From: Candidatus Hodarchaeota archaeon
GTDB taxonomy: Archaea; Asgardarchaeota; Lokiarchaeia; Sigyniarchaeales; SOKP01
Direction of reading: 5' to 3'
Assembly: GCA_048886685.1 (NCBI GenBank)
Contig: JBHLKM010000012.1
Coordinates: 577-64,576 of the forward strand
Length of the DNA stretch: 64,000 nucleotides
Numbering within the stretch: position 1 is the stretch's first letter; each line of letters opens with the position of its first letter. A model generated the notes under the pieces. The model had not been told where the DNA came from and made no database searches. It was given only the letters and a program-made list of their open reading frames with translations. A program made the position numbers and the translations under genes. This document shows, in pieces, positions 1 to 8,347 of this stretch.

Positions 1-560
1 CAGAAAGCGAAGTGCTCATGTTATCAGCAGCAGATAAGGCCACTTGGGAAGAAGTTATTCCTCTCGCAGTTAAACATGATCACAACTGTCTATTATGGAC
101 AAGTTTAGATCTAAACAACCAAATCAAAATGAATAAGGATGCTCTCGAATTAGGATTAGCACCTAACAGAATAGTGATGGATCCTACATGTGCTACACTC
201 GGCTACGGGATGGAATATTCTTTCAGTATTTATCAAAGGATGCGTATCGCTGGACTTTTAGGAGAAACCGACCTAGCATACCCCATCAGTGGAGGAACAA
301 CAAATGCATGGGGTGCTAGAGAAGCATGGATGTCAGAAAAACAAGCGCCTCAGTGGGGAACACGCGAATATAGGGGACCTATGTGGGAGATTATCAATGC
401 TCTTTGCTTGAGCCTCGTGGGCCTAGATTTAGCAATGATGTTTCATCCAATCGCAGCAAAACACGTAAAAGAAATAACTGCTCAATTCTTTGAAGCTGTA
501 CCGAAAGAATTAGATGCAAAAGGTTATACAGATTGGGTTAATGCTAATTTGAAGCGATGA
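1..560 (+). CDS. cdhD: CODH/acetyl-CoA synthase delta subunit (corrinoid Fe-S protein small subunit), C-terminal part; 5' end lies outside the window
   Basis: Reading frame is open from the window edge. The translation (DPTCATLGYGMEYSFSIYQRMRIAGL, NAWGAREAWM) resembles the CdhD/AcsD family. An oligo-T tract follows the stop. Confidence 0.6.
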   Translation, partial: ESEVLMLSAADKATWEEVIPLAVKHDHNCLLWTSLDLNNQIKMNKDALELGLAPNRIVMDPTCATLGYGMEYSFSIYQRMRIAGLLGETDLAYPISGGTTNAWGAREAWMSEKQAPQWGTREYRGPMWEIINALCLSLVGLDLAMMFHPIAAKHVKEITAQFFEAVPKELDAKGYTDWVNANLKR

Positions 561-699
561 TTTTTTATCTTTTTTTTCTTTCTTATATGTTTTGAAATGT
601 CCTATATATTCCAAATATAAGAATATCATAATTTTCATATGAATAGACTTAAATTTTTATAAGTGATAATAAAACAAGAAGAATCTTTATTTTTCTAAA

Positions 700-1407
700 G
701 TGATTTATGTGGAGAAACTGACTGAAGAAAGATTTGAATATTTATTATCATATTCAGAAGAAAGATTACAATCTTTAGCGCATGAACAAATTTGGAAGGG
801 AAAAGGAACAAAATTTGATCCTTTTGTTGTTAAAAATGCTAATATTCTTGGTCAGGCAATTTTACTCAATAAAACATTTTCACATCTTTCTTTTTTTAAT
901 TGTAACTTTGATTTTGCTCAGTTTGAAGGCTGTCAAAACATTCTGTTAAAAAATTGTACATTTAAAAAATTAGTTTTATATAAATGTAAAAAATTTAAAT
1001 TCGATGAAAGTTCCATAACTGATTTAAATTTTTCAAAAGCAAAAGATATTTCTTTTAAAAATAGTATAATCTTTAATGTCTCCACTAAATTTAGGATTAA
1101 AAATATAAGGTTTAATAATTGTCAAGTAAATAATGATTTTCTGGATTATGTATTAAGCAAGAGTTGTGGTGGATTATATTCAAAAACTAAAGAACTTGTT
1201 ACAACTCTTATTATAATCCTTGGTTTTATTTTTCTACCTAGATTTATTTATCTCCTTTTTATTTTAAATCCTTCAGAAATTATACTTCTTCTATTATTAT
1301 TTATTAGAATAACTACTCTACTACTAATTTTTTTATTAATTTCATATTTATATGAAAACATGGTAAAAAAGAAGCATCCTAAAATAAAGATTTTAAACAA
1401 TAAATGA
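700..1407 (+). CDS. hypothetical membrane protein with pentapeptide-repeat-like N-terminal region
   Basis: 235-aa ORF. Loosely repetitive N/F/K-rich segment (FFNCNFDFAQFEGCQNILLKNCTFKKL) followed by hydrophobic C-terminal helices (LVTTLIIILGFIFLPRFIYLLFIL, ILLLLLFIRITTLLLIFLLISYL). Confidence 0.35.
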   Translation: MIYVEKLTEERFEYLLSYSEERLQSLAHEQIWKGKGTKFDPFVVKNANILGQAILLNKTFSHLSFFNCNFDFAQFEGCQNILLKNCTFKKLVLYKCKKFKFDESSITDLNFSKAKDISFKNSIIFNVSTKFRIKNIRFNNCQVNNDFLDYVLSKSCGGLYSKTKELVTTLIIILGFIFLPRFIYLLFILNPSEIILLLLLFIRITTLLLIFLLISYLYENMVKKKHPKIKILNNK

Positions 1408-1483
1408 GTCTACAATTAGTATCTTATTCCCTTTCTAAACATTTCTAGAAGTAATAAAAAATTATAACAAAGAAAAAGGAATT

Positions 1484-1597
1484 TTATTTAGAATGATATT
1501 TTTTCGCATGCTTTTGTAAATTTTTCTTAGCTTTTTTTTCTGTTTTTCCTTCAAAAGCCATACCACATTTTGAACATTCAACTTTTACCATATACAT
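1484..1597 (-). CDS. small (37 aa) basic protein with C-x2-C ... H-x4-H spacing, possible mini zinc finger; not in the supplied ORF track
   Basis: My translation is MYMVKVECSKCGMAFEGKTEKKAKKNLQKHAKKYHSK. GAGGTG lies a few nt upstream of the ATG, and the upstream region resembles that of the neighbouring tautomerase gene. Confidence 0.3.
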   Translation of the reverse strand: MYMVKVECSKCGMAFEGKTEKKAKKNLQKHAKKYHSK

Positions 1598-1726
1598 TTC
1601 ACCTCAAATTTAATATTAATACTAATTACTTTATACCAAAAATTAGTAAATATAAACCTGTTTCTTGAGAAATTGAATAAATTTTTCAAAATAGATGATA
1701 TATATAAGGTTTGAATGGGATTATGA

Positions 1727-1758
1727 TTTTAAATTATAAACGTTTCTATATGTCCAAT
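1727..1758 (+). repeat. 32-nt element, copy 1 (ttttaaattataaacgtttctatatgtccaat)
   Basis: 30 of 32 nt are identical to 2082..2113 in the same orientation. Contains a TATA-like tttaaatta. Confidence 0.6.
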
Positions 1759-1825
1759 ATTTACTAAAAAATTCTAAGAAACAATTATTAAGTCAAATAT
1801 TAATTCATTTAATATAGTATTTTCA

Positions 1826-2029
1826 TTAAGGTGGTATTACATCTGGGCGAGATTCTGTAGCAGGTTTACCCTCTATGCCCCAATGAGTTTTTGGGACTTC
1901 ATGAACAAGAACCTCTACTGCTATGGCTGGAATACCTATATCAACAAAAACTTTAGTTATTCCTGATATTATTTGTTTAACTATTTCTTCACTGACTCCT
2001 TTCCACATATTTACATGAATAACTGGCAT
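1826..2029 (-). CDS. 4-oxalocrotonate tautomerase family protein
   Basis: 67 aa starting MPVIHV (catalytic Pro1 after Met removal). Size and beta-alpha-beta pattern are typical of the 4-OT family. GAGGTG lies upstream. Confidence 0.75.
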   Translation of the reverse strand: MPVIHVNMWKGVSEEIVKQIISGITKVFVDIGIPAIAVEVLVHEVPKTHWGIEGKPATESRPDVIPP

Positions 2030-2081
2030 ATAACAATCACCTCATTTTTATATTAATTCATTAAAAAAAATTAAATTAAGG

Positions 2082-2113
2082 TTTTAAATTATAAACATTT
2101 CTATATTTCCAAT
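2082..2113 (+). repeat. 32-nt element, copy 2 (ttttaaattataaacatttctatatttccaat)
   Basis: Lies in the divergent intergenic region between the tautomerase and MBL hydrolase genes. Confidence 0.6.
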
Positions 2114-2166
2114 CAATATATAATTTATTTTTAAGGTTATATTAAAGGATAGATCTTATTTTCATA

Positions 2167-3078
2167 ATGAAGACAGTTGTTAAAGACGTTTATGTGGTGA
2201 AACCTTATGATCCTAGTATTGTTGATTGTTGTGTTTACCTCATAGACACAAAAAGTGATGATGGGTTAATTTTGATTGATACTGGGATCAATTTCGAGCC
2301 AATTCAAGAAATTGAAAAGGAAGGTTTCAAATTAGCACATATAAAGCATTGCCTTATAACCCATGGTCATTTGGATCATTTTGGGGTTTGTTATAAACTG
2401 AAAGAATATAATAAAAATATTCAATTCTACGCACACGAGCTAGATGCTGAGAGAATAGAGAATAAGCCAACAGAACCATCTCCAAATCAATTTTTTGCTG
2501 ATTTTAAATATGAGCCGGTAAAAATAACCAAAAAAATTAAAAAAGATAATGAAATCTTAAAATTTGGGCGACTTGAATTTATGTGTATTCACATTCCTGG
2601 ACATACACCAGGATCTGTGGCATATCTTTTAGATATTGAGGAAAAAAAGATTCTCTTTGCAGGAGATATTCCTGGAATTGCTATAAATATTGGAGATGGT
2701 AATTTAAATCAATATACCAAATCAATTGAGAAATTACTTACCCTAAATATTGATATTATGTGTGAGGGACACGAGAATATAACACAACCAGCAGAAAAAG
2801 TATCTAAATTTATCAAAGGATATTTGACCTTTAATAAGAATCTTAACTCCGTGGTTTTAGAAAATCCATATGACACAAAAGCCTTATTAAATTTAGCATT
2901 ACAATCATATGAACTCGGTTGGTATAGCTCTGTTGTAGACTTTTGTAATTATTTATTAGAGCTCGATCCTAAAAATCCAGATGCTCCCCAATTACTCGAG
3001 AAAACTAAAATACATAATCCTCCTCCTATCGAATCCATAAAAACGCTTATTAAAGAAAATTATAAAGGAGACAATTAA
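2167..3078 (+). CDS. MBL-fold metallo-hydrolase with helical C-terminal extension
   Basis: HxHxDH motif (ITHGHLDHFG), later HIPGHTPGS and a conserved D/H region. The C-terminal roughly 80 aa are helical and TPR-like. Confidence 0.8.
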   Translation: MKTVVKDVYVVKPYDPSIVDCCVYLIDTKSDDGLILIDTGINFEPIQEIEKEGFKLAHIKHCLITHGHLDHFGVCYKLKEYNKNIQFYAHELDAERIENKPTEPSPNQFFADFKYEPVKITKKIKKDNEILKFGRLEFMCIHIPGHTPGSVAYLLDIEEKKILFAGDIPGIAINIGDGNLNQYTKSIEKLLTLNIDIMCEGHENITQPAEKVSKFIKGYLTFNKNLNSVVLENPYDTKALLNLALQSYELGWYSSVVDFCNYLLELDPKNPDAPQLLEKTKIHNPPPIESIKTLIKENYKGDN

Positions 3079-3183
3079 AATAATAATACAATAAAAATAG
3101 AAATTTTCTTCTCGAGATATTAGAATTATTTTAATGGCTTAATACAGTTTTTTAATAAAAAAAGAATAAAAATATTTTAATAA

Positions 3184-6100
3184 TTATTTTGGTGATTTAT
3201 GTATCATTATACTCCCACCACCAATTTCCGTAGTCCCATCTAACTCTTCATTGTCAGCATCACCCAATCCGTTGTCATATATAATTATTTCTTCACCTGT
3301 TTCCTCGTTTTCTATCCATATCTTAATCCTGAACCTGTCGGCAGCACCTCCACCAACTAATTCTCCATCAATTGCTGTAAGGATGAATTTATATGAGCCT
3401 TCACCATTAATTGTTCCAATACCCTTGAAAATCGCCTTTGCTCCTGCAATTGTCAACCAATCATAAGTATCCGAGTGAAAATTCAAATCTCCTGCGTGGA
3501 ACATGAACTCAGTATTTCCCGTGGGTATTAGAGTTCCTTTCTTGTACTTTGCCACAAACCCAAAGTTTGCTTTACCACATAAACCAGGATCTGCTGGATA
3601 AGCATCCTCAGGGGAATCTATCCAACCCCCTCCTGTGACAAAACCTCGTGAAGCGTCATAGATGACAATATATTGTGACCACATCGCTGTTTCACTCTCA
3701 CCAACAGAATCTTCAATAGTAAGAGTGACAACATAAACCCCTGGTTCATTGTATATATGGGAACCAATAACTATATCATTTGTTTGATCCACAGTGCCTT
3801 TTGAGGTTGTATCATCTCCCCAGTCCCATGTGGCGTTATGGATTTCATCAACATCTAGATCGGTGAAATCAGCTGTCATCTCACAAGAAGTTCCTAGAAC
3901 GAGAGGTTCTAATGGTCCTGTAAATGTAATCTCTGCATCTCTAAAAACGACCCTCTTCACTATGATGGAGTTGAAATTGTTATCTGTGACATTAATAGTT
4001 ATTGTATTTTCACCCAACTCAAGGCCTTCTACTGTAGTGTTGAAAGAGACCTCATTTGGAATACCAGTGGGGGTGCGCTCTATTTCTACGCCGTTGACTG
4101 TTACATTTCGCACACCTGAGTCATCTATTGCTGTTCCTTCAACATAGACGCTAGATCCCCAGATCTGTTCAGAACTCTCTGGTTGCGAAATATAAACTGT
4201 GGGGGCATCAATATCCTTTCTAATAACGTCTCCAGGCTCTGCAGTAACGGGAGGTTCACCAGGTACCGGATCCTCTGCTTCTTGTACAATTGTGCCAATC
4301 GTGTCCGATTGCCCCTCATCAAGAGAGACATCCTCAAAAGATTGTGCTAATAAGATTTCACCCACCGCACTGGTGAATACTTGCAAAGAATAAGTAGTAT
4401 CCTCAGTCGCTGTTATTTCGATAGTATAGGTTCCAGTTAAAGGTGCTTCGGGGTCGATAGCTATGAGGATCATTATACTAGCCTCTCCAGGCTCCCATTC
4501 TTCATTTTCTATGTAGAATGCATTCAAACCAATCTCATTAACATCAGCAGTAATTATTCGTCCATAAGGATCCACAGCCTCGACAATTACAGGAGAACCA
4601 CCATGTCCTACCATCCAAGCATCAGCGTACGGAAGTGGTCCATACTGTTCTGGAATTGAAGGATCCATAAGTGGATAGTAATCAACCTCTTCATGTGGTA
4701 GCTGAGTATCACCTATATAATCTCCAGCTATTCTTCCACCACTCCCATCATCTTCTCCCCAATAATTACTCCAGAAATTTCCGGTTTCATTAACGGCATC
4801 ATACCAAAAATTAGTACCAGGATATACATCTGCAATCTGGAACCCATTATTGATCAAAAGATTACGATAAATATAATTCGAAGTAGCATTCACAGCAGCA
4901 CCAACGTTATTTCTAGTGATGATATTATTAGTAACTTCATTCTGCGTTGAGGAAAGTAAAATACCAGTATTAAGATTATCAGATATATAATTTGCTGAGA
5001 TCTTATTTTGCTCACCACCATAAATTGCTATCCCATCGAAAAATCCTTGAACTGTAAGATTTTTTACTGATACATAATTCTGATTAATGATTCTAACTCC
5101 AGTTCCACTTCCATTCCCTATAATTTTATATCCATTGCCATTAAGCGTAATTCCATCCTCAACAATTTCAAAACCAGCATTCGCCCCAAAATATATATCT
5201 GAAGTTAGTGTAAAATCATTTGAGACTTGGATCGTTCCAGAAGTCAGTTGTAGCATCAAGTATTGAATATACGTAAATCCCGTGTCCCAATCCGTCATTG
5301 TAACCCAAAACCAGGGGGGACCAAATGGATCTCCGAGTGTACCTCCTGGACTCACATCCCAATCCCATCCATCATTTGAGTCTAATCTTTTTCTGAATTC
5401 GAATAGATAATAATCACCATCAAATACACCCATCCCTTCCATATCGTTTTGACCTGAAACTTCTGTATCTAGATACCAAAGATATCCATCAAAACCATAC
5501 CTGTCGTTTGTCCATCCACCTATCCCTACACTTGCACCATCACTTTGAGTACGTGGATTCCCGTAAAAACCGGAGGAACCTATACCTGCCACCTCTGGTT
5601 GAGTATCCAGTTCGGGCCATTCAATTTCATATAACCCATAAAGCCATTCACCATCATTTTTGAAGCGGACAGTGGGCACTTTATCGCTTCGTAGATAAAA
5701 TGGAGTTGGCCATCCTCCTGCTTTGTAAAGGGGTATATCATACGGGATGGCATCTGTCCACTCTCCCGAAGATATAATTCCATCCAAAGTCACCCCATTC
5801 GTAAGCCAATTACTAATTAAATGACGTCTGCTCAGTTGTACAGAAACCCATTGTTCAAAGCTGGAAACGAGTAGAGAGTCAAATAAATGAACTAAGAAAT
5901 ATGGACCCATTATTTCTCCTGGCCATTGAACCCAATCTTGAGGATCTCCTGAATTTAATTCTTTTCTGAATTCAAATCTATAGTACAAATCATCAGATGA
6001 ACCCGTTCCTTCCACATTATTTTCGCCACCACTAGCATCTAAATCATTATGCCAGTAAGTTCCAGTCCAACCATATTCGTCTCTAGTTCCACCACCCAAT

Positions 6101-8076
6101 TCTACTACTCCATTATCACCGAAAGTCTCCCAGAAAAATGCTATTCCTGCCCATTCAGGTGCAGTTTCCAGCTGAGCTTTTGGAATCTCATATAAAATAT
6201 AAAGCCACTCTTCATCATTTTTAAACCGGACGGTAAGGACTTTCGAGCTTGGTTCAGATTGCCTGTTTGGCCACCCCCAGGTACGATTTAGAGCTATATC
6301 ATAAGCGATCGTTTCATCCCATTCTCCTAGTGAGATGACTCCGTCAAGAGTAACTTCATTGACAAGCCAATTGCTCTTTAATTGAGGAACAGATAATTGC
6401 ACGGAATGAAACCATACTTTATCGAGAGGATTTGGTAGAAAACCAACAAATTTATTATTAAAGGCATCGTAATTTCGTGCTACAAATAACCAACACCATG
6501 GAAAAACCTCTTCCACCAATCTTCGTTGAATATCATCGTAGAGAGTTTCTCTAGCACCTGGATCCAATTCAGATTCAGCGCTGCCAATCCATCCTTGCAC
6601 GGTAGCATCATTAACCTGAGCTAAATTCCAGTAACCATCACTAGAGAATAAATGGTTAATATAATCATATGGATCATTGTAGTCAGCACCCCAACCAATG
6701 TAAAAGAGTTCCAACAAATTTCTTTCTTCTGTAGCTCTTCTCAAGAACTCTTCCCAGGTGATTACCTCCTCTAGGACAATTACACCAATTTTTTCAAGAT
6801 TTTCTTGCAGTATGTTTATAAGAGGCATCCGAGGATCATCGGTTCCCCACCAATATGAAAAATTATAAACAGCAAGTGGATTAGTGTTTGCTCTATCTAC
6901 CCACCCTTGGTCATCATCAACCAATGGTAGATCAATATACATTCCTGAATCTATTAGAGCTTGCCTTGCTGTTGTGATGTTTGTTTGCGGAACGTTAAAT
7001 CCCCAATTGAAATATCTAATGCCCAATGGGAGAGGTGATTTCAGTCTTACGGCCTCACCATTCATGAGTTCTTCAATAATCCGATAGTAATCAATAGCAT
7101 ATGATATAGCCTTTCTCATATATACAGGAATTAGTTGATTATTCATTCCAAGATATCTTATTGTTGTATCTGAATGCGAACCTCCCAAAGTGATCTCAGA
7201 ATTATCTCTAAGTTCTTGAAGCATAGTTCTGTCTGGAGTATTTATAAAGTCTATTTCTCCGTCTAGTAGAGCCTGAGTTCTATCTTGGCTGTCTGGAATA
7301 ATGGAAAATATTAATTCATCGATATCCGCAGCACCTCCCCAATAGTTATCATATTTTTGAAACCTTACCTCTACATTTTCAATATATTCATTGTATTCAA
7401 ATGGTCCTGTTCCAACCAAGTCTCCAGTTAATAAATCAATATAATCCTCTGCTGGAGTTGAGAGAGGGGACATAATCCCAGATCCACTTACACACAGTAG
7501 GGCTTCAAAGGGAGCGAATTTTCTGTTTAAAACAAATTGTATATGAGTAGCGTTATATATGTTTGTCGAATTGATTATAGGTGTCCCATCAGGCCAACGA
7601 TATAAAGAAGAGAGTTGGCTTGGTTCTGCATGGGAATTCATTAAATAGTTTAATCTATCAAAATTCCATATTACTGCAGTTTTGTCAAGCAGTGACCCAT
7701 CATGAAACGTTACCCCTTCTCTAACTGGAACAAAGTATCTTAAACCATCCACTGACCATGTACCGTAACCTGATGCGAGCCGTGGGATGATATTAAGTTC
7801 TGGACTTGATAAATCATAGGCGAACAACGTTTCAACGACCTGATCAATAACATTCCAAGAATCATAATCCCAAGCATTATGAGGATCTAAATCATGTGGT
7901 CCAGCATCAGTGCCAAATTTGAATGTTATAGGTGAACTCGAAGTTTTTGGGGTTATGATTTCTTCTACTTTTTTATTAATTTTTTTAATTTCTACTGGAG
8001 AATAAATAAACGTTCCAATAATTAGCGTAATCACTAAGAAGATTGCAATTCTATTTTTTTTCATTTTCAAGCACAT
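3184..8076 (-). CDS. giant anchored surface protein: family-5 solute-binding domain fused to a duplicated beta-sandwich domain, parallel beta-helix, Ig-like and PKD domains
   Basis: 1630 aa. N-terminal hydrophobic anchor (IAIFLVITLIIGTFIY). Residues about 50-560 look like an Opp/Dpp/Nik-type SBP (DPHNAWDYDSWNVIDQVVETLF, YIGWGADYNDPYDY). Two tandem repeats of about 188 aa follow. Then PbH1/NosD-like repeats (VSVKNLTVQGFFDGIAIYGGEQNKISANYISDN) and a PKD signature (WDWGDDTTSKG...HIYNEPGVYVVTLTIEDSVGES). Confidence 0.7.
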   Translation of the reverse strand: MCLKMKKNRIAIFLVITLIIGTFIYSPVEIKKINKKVEEIITPKTSSSPITFKFGTDAGPHDLDPHNAWDYDSWNVIDQVVETLFAYDLSSPELNIIPRLASGYGTWSVDGLRYFVPVREGVTFHDGSLLDKTAVIWNFDRLNYLMNSHAEPSQLSSLYRWPDGTPIINSTNIYNATHIQFVLNRKFAPFEALLCVSGSGIMSPLSTPAEDYIDLLTGDLVGTGPFEYNEYIENVEVRFQKYDNYWGGAADIDELIFSIIPDSQDRTQALLDGEIDFINTPDRTMLQELRDNSEITLGGSHSDTTIRYLGMNNQLIPVYMRKAISYAIDYYRIIEELMNGEAVRLKSPLPLGIRYFNWGFNVPQTNITTARQALIDSGMYIDLPLVDDDQGWVDRANTNPLAVYNFSYWWGTDDPRMPLINILQENLEKIGVIVLEEVITWEEFLRRATEERNLLELFYIGWGADYNDPYDYINHLFSSDGYWNLAQVNDATVQGWIGSAESELDPGARETLYDDIQRRLVEEVFPWCWLFVARNYDAFNNKFVGFLPNPLDKVWFHSVQLSVPQLKSNWLVNEVTLDGVISLGEWDETIAYDIALNRTWGWPNRQSEPSSKVLTVRFKNDEEWLYILYEIPKAQLETAPEWAGIAFFWETFGDNGVVELGGGTRDEYGWTGTYWHNDLDASGGENNVEGTGSSDDLYYRFEFRKELNSGDPQDWVQWPGEIMGPYFLVHLFDSLLVSSFEQWVSVQLSRRHLISNWLTNGVTLDGIISSGEWTDAIPYDIPLYKAGGWPTPFYLRSDKVPTVRFKNDGEWLYGLYEIEWPELDTQPEVAGIGSSGFYGNPRTQSDGASVGIGGWTNDRYGFDGYLWYLDTEVSGQNDMEGMGVFDGDYYLFEFRKRLDSNDGWDWDVSPGGTLGDPFGPPWFWVTMTDWDTGFTYIQYLMLQLTSGTIQVSNDFTLTSDIYFGANAGFEIVEDGITLNGNGYKIIGNGSGTGVRIINQNYVSVKNLTVQGFFDGIAIYGGEQNKISANYISDNLNTGILLSSTQNEVTNNIITRNNVGAAVNATSNYIYRNLLINNGFQIADVYPGTNFWYDAVNETGNFWSNYWGEDDGSGGRIAGDYIGDTQLPHEEVDYYPLMDPSIPEQYGPLPYADAWMVGHGGSPVIVEAVDPYGRIITADVNEIGLNAFYIENEEWEPGEASIMILIAIDPEAPLTGTYTIEITATEDTTYSLQVFTSAVGEILLAQSFEDVSLDEGQSDTIGTIVQEAEDPVPGEPPVTAEPGDVIRKDIDAPTVYISQPESSEQIWGSSVYVEGTAIDDSGVRNVTVNGVEIERTPTGIPNEVSFNTTVEGLELGENTITINVTDNNFNSIIVKRVVFRDAEITFTGPLEPLVLGTSCEMTADFTDLDVDEIHNATWDWGDDTTSKGTVDQTNDIVIGSHIYNEPGVYVVTLTIEDSVGESETAMWSQYIVIYDASRGFVTGGGWIDSPEDAYPADPGLCGKANFGFVAKYKKGTLIPTGNTEFMFHAGDLNFHSDTYDWLTIAGAKAIFKGIGTINGEGSYKFILTAIDGELVGGGAADRFRIKIWIENEETGEEIIIYDNGLGDADNEELDGTTEIGGGSIMIHKSPK

Positions 8077-8347
8077 CCTTTTCTAAATATTTTAGATTTT
8101 TCTCACAAATTAGAATTTCTGAGAAATAATCGATTTTTTTGGATTAATGATCAATTATGATCACAAGAATTATAAATTTAACTTAAAATTTAACAAATAT
8201 GTAAAATCAAATATTAATTTCAAAATTCACTTTATTGGACAATTTTTCTCATGGATAAAGAATTCAAAAAATATTATTCTAAAAAAAGTCTTTTAAGGTA
8301 ATCATACTTCTTTTTATTTAACTTCAATTTATCAAGAAATTAATCCA

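Noticed and set aside
3251-7087. Six ORFs of 64-117 aa from the track (3251..3466+, 3794..4147+, 4125..4337-, 4199..4393+, 5580..5783-, 6884..7087+) lying inside the 1630-aa gene.
   Set aside because: They are antisense or out-of-frame shadows of a long, domain-rich CDS, with low-complexity S/P/T-rich translations and no motifs.
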